Source: Candidatus Anstonellales archaeon (GTDB lineage Archaea > Micrarchaeota > Micrarchaeia > Anstonellales > J096). Taken from it: a stretch of 64,000 nucleotides of DNA. Under the pieces are notes generated by a model. It was not told the origin of the DNA and made no database searches. It saw only the letters and a list, made by a program, of their open reading frames with translations. This document shows, one piece after another, positions 53,864-62,979 of this stretch; positions within the stretch are counted from its first letter, which is position 1; each line of letters starts with the position of its first letter. The stretch is taken from the NCBI GenBank assembly GCA_038890615.1, contig JAWAFI010000002.1:17488-81487 (forward strand), read 5' to 3'. Made by a program: the position numbers and the translations under genes.

Positions 53864-54625
53864 CTATGCCTCCTTCTCCCATTTCTCAAATGTTTCAAAC
53901 GAGCTTTTCCTTACGTTTTCTATATGCTTCTTTATAACCTCTCTAATCTCTTCTGTTTTCGCTACATCAGCAGTGGTCTCTCCAAAATAATTTTTTATCA
54001 AGGGGTTGGCACCTGCGTCAAGCAGCTCCTTTACAATCTTCAAATGCCCATTTTCAGCAGCCCTCATAAGTGCAGTGTATCCTTCATCTCCCTTTGAATC
54101 AATATTTGCACCTGCCTTTATAAGTTCTTTCACAACCTTCCAGTGCCCCTCCTCTGCAGAAATAAGCAGCACACTGTCCCCAAACATGTCCTTAGCATTA
54201 ACATTTGCCCCTGCGCCTATCAGCGCCTTTAACAATTTAAGATGGCCATTCTGTGCAGCCCAGCCCAAAGGAGTCTCATCGTACTCATCCTTTATTTCAA
54301 TGTCTGCACCTTGGGCAATAAGCTTTACAACCTTTGCTAAGTCGCTGAAGCTTGCTTTTTTGCATTCCCTCATTAGCTCTGCCCCAAGATACTCTGCCTT
54401 TTCCTCACCCACTTCCCTCTTCCTTTGCTCGTTGATTTCTTTAAGCCTATCAAAAGCCTCCTTATCCTCCTTGCCTCTTTTAATACTCTTAACAACTTCT
54501 TTTATAACTTCATCTTCACCTGCCATTCTTTTTTCAACAATGCTCTCCCCCATCCTGTCCTTTCCCTTTAAAAGTTTCTCCAGCAAACTCTTGATGAGGC
54601 CTTTTTTCATCCCGTCCTGTTTCAT
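53864..54625 (-). CDS. Ankyrin-repeat protein with conserved family N-terminal module
   Basis: Module IKEVVKSIKRGKEDKEAFDRLKEINEQRKREVGEEKAEYLGAELMRECKK...VVKLIAQGADIEIKD, then four ANK repeats. Confidence 0.8.
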   Translation of the reverse strand: MKQDGMKKGLIKSLLEKLLKGKDRMGESIVEKRMAGEDEVIKEVVKSIKRGKEDKEAFDRLKEINEQRKREVGEEKAEYLGAELMRECKKASFSDLAKVVKLIAQGADIEIKDEYDETPLGWAAQNGHLKLLKALIGAGANVNAKDMFGDSVLLISAEEGHWKVVKELIKAGANIDSKGDEGYTALMRAAENGHLKIVKELLDAGANPLIKNYFGETTADVAKTEEIREVIKKHIENVRKSSFETFEKWEKEA

Positions 54626-54880
54626 GAAAGAATTTCACTCCAAATGCTTTTAATTGTATTCCTCATTTCACTGAAAATAGTAATCATACGTCTGCCTTTG
54701 TCATTAACATTGGATCCTAACAATATCAGCAGTTAAGTTCCTTTCTAGTTGGGTCATGCCATCTTCCAAGTGATTCTTGTACTTGAAGGCTTTATTGCTT
54801 TGATTCTCTTTATTCAAGCTCATCTGCTTCTTGACCGCGATATTTACTCCTAATGAATGCTTTCTTCCATCTCCCATTCA

Positions 54881-54893
54881 ATATATTTTTAAA
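54881..54893 (+). promoter_or_regulatory. TATA-like element and SD-like gaggtgagg upstream of alba
   Basis: atatatttttaaa lies 45-57 nt upstream of the ATG at 54938. aggtgagg ends 4 nt before the ATG. Confidence 0.3.
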
Positions 54894-54937
54894 CCATTAG
54901 GTAATTATACTAACGCAAAGCAATTAGAGGTGAGGAA

Positions 54938-55270
54938 ATGACAACAACACAACCAACAGCAACACAGAAGCCAGCGCAGGCACCAGCGCCGAGGCAGCAA
55001 AAGGAGGACAACTCTGTCTACGTTGGGAAGAAGGGGATAATGGGCTATGTGCTCGCAGTTGTGACCCAATTCAGCGGCACTGCCTCAACCGTAACTGTGA
55101 AGGCAAGGGGCAAGCTCATTTCCAGGGCAGTTGATGTAGCAGAGATAGTAAGGAACAGGTTCATGCCCAATGTGAAGATAAGCGAGGTGAAAATCTCCAC
55201 AGAGGAGCTGACCTCAGAGGACGGCTCTAAGTCGAAAGTATCTGCAATAGAGATCGTTCTCTCAAAGTAA
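54938..55270 (+). CDS. albA: Chromatin protein Alba
   Basis: [19 protein letters not shown]...[24 protein letters not shown]...EIVLSK matches Alba throughout. Confidence 0.85.
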   Translation: MTTTQPTATQKPAQAPAPRQQKEDNSVYVGKKGIMGYVLAVVTQFSGTASTVTVKARGKLISRAVDVAEIVRNRFMPNVKISEVKISTEELTSEDGSKSKVSAIEIVLSK

Positions 55271-55299
55271 CCTCTTAACCTAACCTCCATTTTATACTT

Positions 55300-57858
55300 A
55301 TGATATCACGATTGGGCAAGGCATATAGCGATCATTATATATACTCCCTTCTGGAAGAGTCAGTTGCGACTTGGTTCAAGAAGGCTTTCGGGTCTTTCAC
55401 AGAGCCGCAGAGGTATGCCATTGCTGAAATACACAAAAAGGAGAATGTGCTGATCTCCGCACCAACTGGCAGCGGCAAGACGCTCAGCGCATTCCTTGCC
55501 ATAATTAACGAGCTCTTCGCTCTTTCTCAGGAAAAAAGGCTTGAGAACCAAGTTTACTGCATCTATGTTTCCCCTCTACGCGCTTTGAGCAATGACATAA
55601 AGAAAAACCTGTTGGATGTTTTTGAAGACATAAAGGCCCAAGCCCTTCTTATGGGGAAAAAAGAAGCAGAGGAGATAAGGATAGGGGTGCGCACAAGCGA
55701 CACAACGCAATACGAGCGCAGCAAGATGTCTAAGAAAGCCCCGCACATCCTCATCACGACCCCTGAGAGCTTGGGAATTATCCTGAATTCTCCTGTGTTC
55801 TCCCAGCGCCTTAGAGGCACTAAGTATGTGATAATTGATGAGATACACGCCTTGGCTGGCAATAAGAGAGGCACCCACTTAGCAGTAAGCTTGGAGAGGC
55901 TTGCGCTTATTGCTGATTTTGTGCGCATAGGCCTGAGCGCAACAGTAAGTCCTCTGGAAGAGGTCGCGCGCTTCTTAGTAGGCTCAGGGCGCAGCTGCAA
56001 GATAGTTGATACTTCATCTTTGAAGAAAGTTGAGATAAGCGTGGAAACCCCTGTTGATGATTTCATTGCTTCCTCCTCTAAGGAGATTACAGAATCAATG
56101 TATTCCTTGATGGAAAGGGTTATCAAGGAAGGAAGGACCACGCTTGTTTTCACTAACACCAGGAGCGCAACAGAGAGGGTTGCCTACTTCCTAAAGCAGA
56201 AGCTGTCAATGGATGAGGTCCAGGCGCACCATAGCTCGCTTTCAAGGGAGCATAGGCTTGAAGTAGAGTCAATGCTCAAGAAAGGGGAAACAAAGGTTGT
56301 GGTAAGCTCAACTAGCTTGGAGTTGGGCATTGACATAGGGGCAGTTGATTCTGTTGTGCTTATTACTTCACCGAAATCAACTTCTAGGGCGTTGCAGAGA
56401 GTAGGGAGGAGTGGCCATTCAATGAGCAGGGTTGCAAAGGGAATAATGATCGCGCTTGACAATGATGACCTTATGGAATGCGCCGCAATAAAGATAAAGG
56501 CAGACCAGAAGGACATAGACAAGGTGCGCATAATAGAGAAGCCCTATGATGTGCTTATCCAGCACCTTTTCGGCATGTCTATTGAGCGCAAATGGAAGGC
56601 AGAGGAGGCCTTACAAGTGTTCAAAAGGGCCTACCCTTACCGCTCACTCACTATGGAGGAGCTTGAGAAGGCACTCCTTTACTTAAGCGGATTTTTCTCA
56701 GAACTTGAGAACAAGAAGGTTTTCGCAAAGGTTTGGTTTGAAAATGGGGAATTTGGCAGGAGAGGGAGGCTAGCCCGCCTCATCTACTATTCCAACAGCG
56801 GCACAATCCCTGATGAAACGGGCATAAAGGTCTTCAGTGAATCCTCAAGATACATAGGCAAGATTGAGGAGGCATTCCTGGAGCGCCTTGCAGAGGGCGA
56901 CCGGTTTGTACTCGGAGGCAAGGTATATGAGTTCATAAGCTCATCTGGCTCAAGGGTGCTAGTGCGGGAATCATCTGGCAACCCTACGGTACCTGCTTGG
57001 TATTCTGAAATGCTGCCGCTAAGCTACGAAACTGCGCTTTTCATAGAAGAGTTGCGCGAAGAGCTGAGCTCTTCAAAAGACCCCTATTCAATTCTACAAA
57101 ACAAGTACCGCCTATCAAAACGAGCTTCAAAAGCCCTTTCAAAATACATTGAAGAGCAGAAGCTTGCATGGTGCCCTTCCAGATCCAAGTTCTTCATAGA
57201 GCACTATTCCACTGAGAACATGTATATCTTCCATGCTTGTGCAGGAAGGAAGGCCAATGATGCTCTAGCACGCGCAATTGCCTACCGCATTGGGAGGAAA
57301 AAGAAATGCAACATAGCGCTAAGTGTATTGGACCATGGTTTCGTGCTTACCTTGCCTAAAGGCATAATCCTTTCGAAAGAGGATATCTCTTCATCACTTT
57401 ACCCTGATTTCTTTGAGAGCGATGTAAGGTCCTCAATAAAAAATTCCGAGGTCCTGAAAAGGAGGTTCAGGCATGTTGCACTTCGCTCTTTCCTTGTGCT
57501 GCGCTCCTACAAAGGGATTGATATAGGCATTGACAAACAGCAGATAAATGCAGAGAACCTTTTGAAATTCCTTGAAAGGAACTATAAGGATTTCCCTGTG
57601 CTTGATGAGGCATACAGGGAAGTGCTCTATGATTATATGCATATAGATGAGGCTCTTGATTATATGGGAAGGATGGCTGAAAAGGAATTGGTGCTTATAA
57701 GCACCTCCTCCCCAAGCCCATTCTCCTTCAACCTTATTGTTTCAGGCACAAGCGACATTGTGCTGATGGAAAGCAGGCACGAATACATAAAAAAGCTCTA
57801 TGCAAGGTTTATGGAAGGTGCATCCAATGCTGGGAAAAGGAAGGGAGCTAACCCCTGA
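55300..57858 (+). CDS. lhr: Lhr-core type superfamily II DNA helicase
   Basis: N-terminal FTEPQRYAIAEI...APTGSGKT (Q motif and Walker A), DEIH box (IIDEIHALAG), helicase C-terminal motifs (QRVGRSGH), and the ~850-aa length with a WH/domain-4 tail typical of Lhr. Confidence 0.85.
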   Translation: MISRLGKAYSDHYIYSLLEESVATWFKKAFGSFTEPQRYAIAEIHKKENVLISAPTGSGKTLSAFLAIINELFALSQEKRLENQVYCIYVSPLRALSNDIKKNLLDVFEDIKAQALLMGKKEAEEIRIGVRTSDTTQYERSKMSKKAPHILITTPESLGIILNSPVFSQRLRGTKYVIIDEIHALAGNKRGTHLAVSLERLALIADFVRIGLSATVSPLEEVARFLVGSGRSCKIVDTSSLKKVEISVETPVDDFIASSSKEITESMYSLMERVIKEGRTTLVFTNTRSATERVAYFLKQKLSMDEVQAHHSSLSREHRLEVESMLKKGETKVVVSSTSLELGIDIGAVDSVVLITSPKSTSRALQRVGRSGHSMSRVAKGIMIALDNDDLMECAAIKIKADQKDIDKVRIIEKPYDVLIQHLFGMSIERKWKAEEALQVFKRAYPYRSLTMEELEKALLYLSGFFSELENKKVFAKVWFENGEFGRRGRLARLIYYSNSGTIPDETGIKVFSESSRYIGKIEEAFLERLAEGDRFVLGGKVYEFISSSGSRVLVRESSGNPTVPAWYSEMLPLSYETALFIEELREELSSSKDPYSILQNKYRLSKRASKALSKYIEEQKLAWCPSRSKFFIEHYSTENMYIFHACAGRKANDALARAIAYRIGRKKKCNIALSVLDHGFVLTLPKGIILSKEDISSSLYPDFFESDVRSSIKNSEVLKRRFRHVALRSFLVLRSYKGIDIGIDKQQINAENLLKFLERNYKDFPVLDEAYREVLYDYMHIDEALDYMGRMAEKELVLISTSSPSPFSFNLIVSGTSDIVLMESRHEYIKKLYARFMEGASNAGKRKGANP

Positions 57859-58558
57859 AGGCGCTTTCGTAGACAGCCGCACCTCTACAGGCGCAATAGC
57901 AGACCTTCATATAGGTTATGAGCACGGCGCAGGGGCCCTTATGCTGCGCTCCCAAACTTATGACATGCTTAAGAAAGCAAAATCCCTTATTCTCAGGCAT
58001 TCGCTCAGGCGCCTTGTCCTTTTAGGGGACATAAAGCACGGCTTCTCAATGAAGTCAGAGCAAGAAAGGAGCGAGCTGAAGCTTTTCCTATCCTCCTTGT
58101 CATCCATTGCAGAAGTAATAATAACTATGGGCAACCACGACAGCGGGATTAAGCAATTTGCCTCTTCGTATGCTGAGCTTGTTGATTTTTTTGATGATGG
58201 CAAAAACATTTACTACCATGGCCATCTGTCTGTAGATGCGCCTTCTTCCAGGCTGCGCGTGCTTGGAAACGAGCACCCTGCCCTTAAACTCAGGGACGAG
58301 GTTGGGGCGCTATATTCCTACCCAGCCTTCCTTTTATTCCGCAAAAGGAAAGTTCTTGTGCTCCCAACCTTCAACCCATGGGCATATGGCACTAATGTGC
58401 TTGCTATTCAAAAAGGCGCCTTCCTCTCCCCGGATTTGAAGGCCCTTGACCCTGAAGAAGCAGAGGTCTATGTTATTTCCGAGGGAGTAATATTTTTTAA
58501 AACCATCAGGGAAATAAAGGAGTATGTGGGAAAAGAGGATTCCTGTAAAAGAAGCTAA
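57800..58558 (+). CDS. Calcineurin-like metallophosphoesterase (Lhr-associated MPE)
   Basis: Motifs ADLHIG (DxH), LGDIKHG (GDxxH), MGNHD (GNHD) and YYHGHLS (GH). Overlaps the lhr 3' end. An alternative ATG at 57827 is likely. Confidence 0.7.
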   Translation: MQGLWKVHPMLGKGRELTPEGAFVDSRTSTGAIADLHIGYEHGAGALMLRSQTYDMLKKAKSLILRHSLRRLVLLGDIKHGFSMKSEQERSELKLFLSSLSSIAEVIITMGNHDSGIKQFASSYAELVDFFDDGKNIYYHGHLSVDAPSSRLRVLGNEHPALKLRDEVGALYSYPAFLLFRKRKVLVLPTFNPWAYGTNVLAIQKGAFLSPDLKALDPEEAEVYVISEGVIFFKTIREIKEYVGKEDSCKRS

Positions 58559-59795
58559 ATCGTTGCGGGGCCCCGTTGAGATTGCAGGATGGGCGCATGA
58601 GGTTAGAAGCATAGGCAAGCTTAAGTTCATAATACTAAGGGACAGCACCGGAAAAGTGCAGGTTATGCTTAAGCAGGGCATAGTGCCTGATGAGCTGCTC
58701 AGCCTCCACATTAACAAGGAGGACTTCCTTTATGTAAAAGGCCAGGTTGTTGACAGCAAGTTTGCCCAAGACGGGGTTGAGGTAATCCCTCATTCAATTG
58801 AGATTTTGGGAAAGGTAGGGAAAAAGCTCCCTGTTGACCCTGCAGGGGTTGTTGAAAGCGACTTTGACACACGCCTCAACTACCGCTACATTGACCTGCG
58901 GAGGAAGGAGGTTTCTGATGTTTTCCGCATAAAGTCAATAGTTTCCAACGCTTTCAGGAGCTTTGCAGTGCAGAATGGCTTTGTTGAGATTCATACTCCT
59001 TCCTTGGTTGGAGCTGCAACGGAGGGAGGAGCAGACCTGTTTGAGGTGGAATATTTTGAGCGGAAGGCATACCTTGCCCAATCTCCGCAGCTCTACAAAG
59101 AGATGGCCGTCCTTGGGGGGTTGGAGAAAGTTTTCATGCAAGTGCCTGTATTCAGGGCTGAAAAGCACAACACCGTTACCCACTTGAATGAAATAATACA
59201 GATGGATGTAGAGATGGCACTGGTTGACTGCATAGGCGCAATGGATTGGCTTGAGAAGTTCTTCCTGCATATCTGCAAAGAAGCAGTTTCATCTCCTGTT
59301 GGAGAGGAGTACAGCCTTGCTGCTCCAAAGAAAGTTATGCGCTTAACCTATTCAGAGATAGTTGACAGGCTAAACTCAGAAGGCGCCTCTATCGAGTGGG
59401 GAAGGGACTTTACGAAGGAGGAGGAAAAGAAGATCGCAGAGATTGTTGGGCGCGATGCATTTTTCATATATGAATGGCCAACAGAGGTAAGGGCGTTCTA
59501 CTCAATGCCCAAGGACGACAGAGTTTGCAATGCGTTCGACCTGATCTACAAAGGCCTTGAAATAAGCAGCGGAGCCCAAAGAATCCATGTGCCTGAGCTC
59601 TTGGAAGCCCAGCTTTCAAAAAGGGGGCTTAACCCGCAAGACTTCTCGTTTTTCATAGATGCATTCTATTATGGGGCCCCACCCCACTCGGGCTGGAGCA
59701 TAGGGCTTGAGAGGCTTGTGATGAAGCTAATGAATCTTCCAAACATAAGGGATGCAATGCTTTTCCCACGCGATAGGATGAGGCTGCACCCATAA
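58524..59795 (+). CDS. aspS: Aspartyl-tRNA synthetase (archaeal type; AsnRS not excluded)
   Basis: N-terminal OB anticodon-binding domain, class II motif 2 (QSPQLYKEMAVLGGLEKVFMQVPVFRAE), motif 3 (GWSIGLERLVM), 423 aa. Confidence 0.75.
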   Translation: MWEKRIPVKEAKSLRGPVEIAGWAHEVRSIGKLKFIILRDSTGKVQVMLKQGIVPDELLSLHINKEDFLYVKGQVVDSKFAQDGVEVIPHSIEILGKVGKKLPVDPAGVVESDFDTRLNYRYIDLRRKEVSDVFRIKSIVSNAFRSFAVQNGFVEIHTPSLVGAATEGGADLFEVEYFERKAYLAQSPQLYKEMAVLGGLEKVFMQVPVFRAEKHNTVTHLNEIIQMDVEMALVDCIGAMDWLEKFFLHICKEAVSSPVGEEYSLAAPKKVMRLTYSEIVDRLNSEGASIEWGRDFTKEEEKKIAEIVGRDAFFIYEWPTEVRAFYSMPKDDRVCNAFDLIYKGLEISSGAQRIHVPELLEAQLSKRGLNPQDFSFFIDAFYYGAPPHSGWSIGLERLVMKLMNLPNIRDAMLFPRDRMRLHP

Positions 59796-60943
59796 TGCCA
59801 AGCCCCTCCACTTTTTTTGTCCATGAGATCTCTGAAACGGGCAGGATTGCAGGCATTGACAATTTCTCTGGGGGCGCAGGGCCGTATACTCGCTTCGTGC
59901 TTAAAAAAAGCTTATGGGCAACGCCTGATGCAATAAGGGTCATTTCAAAAGCCCTGAGGGTGGGGGCAAGCAGGTTTGGCTATGCGGGCAACAAGGACAG
60001 GAACGCAACAACCTTCCAGCTTGTAAGCGCCTACAAAATCCCTGCTTCTTCGCTTTCTGCATTAAGTATAAAAGATATTTCATTAAGCGATTTCCATCTA
60101 TCTGAATCCCCTGTAAGGATTGGAGCCCTTCTTGGCAACCGGTTTAAGGCAACTTTGCCCATTCCTGACGAAATAGTTGTTGGAAGGGCATCGCTTGTAG
60201 CCGAAATTCCAAACTTTTTTGGGGAGCAGAGGTTTGGCAACGTGCGAAGGAACACTGCAAAGGTGGGTTACCTCATCCTGAAAGGCCTTTTCCGCGATGC
60301 AGTGATGGAGATCCTAACATCCATTAAAGGGGAGAAGCACAAGGAAGCAATTGAAGCACGCAAAAGGCTAAGCGAAGAGCTTAACTTCTCGTCTGCGCTT
60401 GAGTATTTCCCAAGGCACCTAAAGTTAGAGCGCCTTATCCTATCCTCCCTTGCAGAGCATGAGCGCGACTTCATAAACGCGTTCAGGAGGCTGCCTATCC
60501 ATGTGCGCACTCTCTTTGTCCATGCATTCCAATCATACTTATTCAACCTTGAGCTAAAGGAAAGGATTGAGGAGGGGCCTCTTGAGCAGGAGCAGGGCGA
60601 ATACTTTTGTGCTTCAAATTCCTACGGCTTCCCTGACATAGGTTCAAAAGGCGACCAATGGTTTGTTGGAAAGCTTATAGGATATGAGTCAGTGCTCAGC
60701 AAAAGGCAGGAAGAGCTTCTCTCCTCTTTTGGGCTTAAGAAAGAGGATTTCAAGGTAAGGCAGATGCCTGAGCTTTCTGCAAAAGGCTCTTTCAGGGCTC
60801 TTTTTGTGCCTGTACTTGATTTCAAGATGCCTATTGAATTCTCCCTTCCCAAAGGGGCCTATGCTACGGTATTCTTAAATTTCTTGGAGAGAAAGGAATT
60901 TCTCCCTTCAGAATTTTTTGAGCGCGATCTTCACGAGCTTTAA
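59795..60943 (+). CDS. truD: tRNA pseudouridine synthase TruD/Pus7 family
   Basis: GYAGNKDRNATTFQ (catalytic Asp in a GxKD motif) and FFGEQRFGN (the TruD FGxQRFG motif). Confidence 0.75.
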   Translation: MPSPSTFFVHEISETGRIAGIDNFSGGAGPYTRFVLKKSLWATPDAIRVISKALRVGASRFGYAGNKDRNATTFQLVSAYKIPASSLSALSIKDISLSDFHLSESPVRIGALLGNRFKATLPIPDEIVVGRASLVAEIPNFFGEQRFGNVRRNTAKVGYLILKGLFRDAVMEILTSIKGEKHKEAIEARKRLSEELNFSSALEYFPRHLKLERLILSSLAEHERDFINAFRRLPIHVRTLFVHAFQSYLFNLELKERIEEGPLEQEQGEYFCASNSYGFPDIGSKGDQWFVGKLIGYESVLSKRQEELLSSFGLKKEDFKVRQMPELSAKGSFRALFVPVLDFKMPIEFSLPKGAYATVFLNFLERKEFLPSEFFERDLHEL

Positions 60944-61666
60944 AAGCAGGTATATGTTCAGCAGGGAAATTCTTTTCAATCTCTCAACTATTGCCTTTCT
61001 GAACATATCATCATCGGTTTGCATTTGCTTGTTCTCTTCGCTTGACATCCCAAGCTCTTCTGCGTGTTCCTCCCTAATTTTCCTCAATAGGCCATAGGGC
61101 TTGTCTGCTTCTTCCAATGCCATTCCCTTCCTTTCCCTTATCTCTTCTACGATCCTGCCCAGCTCATTTTCCTGCGCCTTTCCAAGCTTCCTTTTTCTTA
61201 CCTTCAGCTTTGCAACCTGCTTTAGCCATTCAACCTCTGCCATTTCCTTTCCATCAACTATGAACTCGCATTCTGCTATATAGCTCTGCAAAGCGCTGTC
61301 CTTTGCCCTTGCCCTAAAAAGCGGGTTCATGAGGTAAAGGTAAACAGGGAGAAGGGATCTTTCAGCGATTGCCTCTTCCACTGCCCTTTCAGCGCATCCG
61401 CTGTAATTAACAGAAACAAGCACTTGCTTATTCCCATTCGGCTCTTTCCTCAAGTTATAATCATGCCTTCCTGCGCAATTGTCTAACCAAAGGAGCTCAG
61501 CATAACTTTCTTTATTAATATGTTCAGCAACTATATTCATGCTTGCGGTGTAATTCCTGAAAATTGTGCTGTCTAGCAGTGGTATAAGGAAATAGGGCGC
61601 TTTCCTGAGCTTTGCTGCTTTTAGTTCTGCCATAGCCATTCTCCTACGGGATAAAATGAATTGCAA
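60908..61666 (-). CDS. Hypothetical protein
   Basis: A 252-aa protein with no confident motif. The charged C-terminal half is helical. Confidence 0.3.
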   Translation of the reverse strand: MQFILSRRRMAMAELKAAKLRKAPYFLIPLLDSTIFRNYTASMNIVAEHINKESYAELLWLDNCAGRHDYNLRKEPNGNKQVLVSVNYSGCAERAVEEAIAERSLLPVYLYLMNPLFRARAKDSALQSYIAECEFIVDGKEMAEVEWLKQVAKLKVRKRKLGKAQENELGRIVEEIRERKGMALEEADKPYGLLRKIREEHAEELGMSSEENKQMQTDDDMFRKAIVERLKRISLLNIYLLLKLVKIALKKF

Positions 61667-62017
61667 AGAGTAGATTTAAAAGATATTTGGTTATCTATTT
61701 CTTTTGTGGGAGGTGTGATGGAGCCCCTTGGGGTGTACCATCCCCTCTTAACCTTAAGTGGTCTTATGATTCTTTCTGTGAAGGTTAGGGCAGGTGCAAG
61801 CAAGGATGCTGTTGAAGACAATGATCCCCTTACCATATATGTAAAGGAAAAGGCTGAAAACAACAAGGCAAACGTAGCAGTGGTCAAGCTGCTTGCAGAG
61901 CACTTTTCAGTGCCTTCTTCATCAATAAGGATAGTGAAAGGCCATGCCTCATCAAGAAAAGTAATTGAGATTACCTCTTCTTCTTTTCAGCGATTGAAAG
62001 GATTAAAACCCCAATAA
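61661..62017 (+). CDS. DUF167/YggU family protein
   Basis: The core LSVKVRAGASKDAVED...NKANVAVVKLLAEHFSVPSSSIRIVKGHASSRKVIEI matches the YggU pattern. The real start is probably an internal Met near 61763. Confidence 0.5.
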   Translation: MQRVDLKDIWLSISFVGGVMEPLGVYHPLLTLSGLMILSVKVRAGASKDAVEDNDPLTIYVKEKAENNKANVAVVKLLAEHFSVPSSSIRIVKGHASSRKVIEITSSSFQRLKGLKPQ

Positions 62018-62402
62018 TCGTAATAAGTATCAAAACTGCAATGAAAAGCATCTCGCTTGAAACACCAGTGCCTTGCTCCTGCTTTCCGCTCAGGTCAGGC
62101 TCCTTGAAAGCGCTTGAGTAAAGCGTGACCTTTTTCATATCCTTTTCCCCTAAAACTGAAATCTCATAAAGCCCTTCCTCAACTGCTATAAAATCTTTTT
62201 TGTATGGAAGCGCTACAGAATCAAGATGCTCTACTGCTAACTGCGTTGTGCCTCTCTTGACTACCACAGTGAAGGATTCAGTTCCCTGGCCTCCAATAGT
62301 GTAAGTAATTATTCCATCTCTAGCGCTTGCGCTAAGGGTAAAGGGGTTCACGATACCTGATAGGAGCGAAACAGCCAAAATGCAGAGCAAAATTGCCTTC
62401 AT
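61971..62402 (-). CDS. Small secreted/anchored protein (signal peptide plus C-terminal TM)
   Basis: N-terminal MKAILLCILAVSLLSG and a C-terminal hydrophobic helix followed by KKKR. Confidence 0.35.
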   Translation of the reverse strand: MKAILLCILAVSLLSGIVNPFTLSASARDGIITYTIGGQGTESFTVVVKRGTTQLAVEHLDSVALPYKKDFIAVEEGLYEISVLGEKDMKKVTLYSSAFKEPDLSGKQEQGTGVSSEMLFIAVLILITIIGVLILSIAEKKKR

Positions 62403-62491
62403 GCTTTTTTATTGCCTACCTATTTTAAATCCCTTCTGTCTGCTTAAATCTTCCTTTTTTAGCTAAAAATAAAGTCCCGAGCAGTTTTGCC

Positions 62492-62944
62492 TCAACTTTT
62501 ATGGCTTCTTATTTTCTGATCTCTGACCCATATTACCGTAGCACCGCTGTTCAAAAGCGTAATTTTAATCTTTTCATTTTTATGCGAAAAAGCCCACCGC
62601 AATGCAGTATCTCCATTTTCGTCTTTGAAATTTAAATTTGCCCCTTTTAATATTAAGTCTATAATTTTCTCAATCGAGACGCCTACCTCCTTCTTGCATT
62701 CTTCCAATAATTCCTTGCCAAGCTTATTGGCAGCATCTTCCCCTATTTCCTTCCTCTTTTCCTTATTAATCCTCCTAAGCTCCTCAAAAGCCTCCTTATC
62801 CTCCTTCCCGCTCCTAACACTCTCCAAAACCCTCTTAATAACAAAATCCTCCCCCATCCTTTCCTCCTTTAAACCACTCCTCTCAATTCCTTTAGAAGAG
62901 CCCTTCTTTTCCTTCCCTTTCTTATCCTCTTTTTCAATTGCCAC
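62492..62944 (-). CDS. Short ankyrin-family protein (conserved N-terminal module plus about two ANK repeats)
   Basis: Module VIKRVLESVRSGKEDKEAFEELRRINKEKRKEIGEDAANKLGKELLEECKK...IIDLILKGANLNFKD, followed by GDTALRWAFSHKNEKIKITLLNSGA. Confidence 0.7.
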   Translation of the reverse strand: MAIEKEDKKGKEKKGSSKGIERSGLKEERMGEDFVIKRVLESVRSGKEDKEAFEELRRINKEKRKEIGEDAANKLGKELLEECKKEVGVSIEKIIDLILKGANLNFKDENGDTALRWAFSHKNEKIKITLLNSGATVIWVRDQKIRSHKS

Positions 62945-62979
62945 AATATCTTTTCTACCCTATTATTTTTAATCCTTGC

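Noticed and set aside
57800-58558. Metallophosphoesterase as the missing Mre11 partner of Rad50
   Set aside because: It is only about 245 aa with no Mre11 capping or Rad50-binding region. It overlaps lhr 48 kb away from rad50, so an Lhr-associated MPE is the better explanation.
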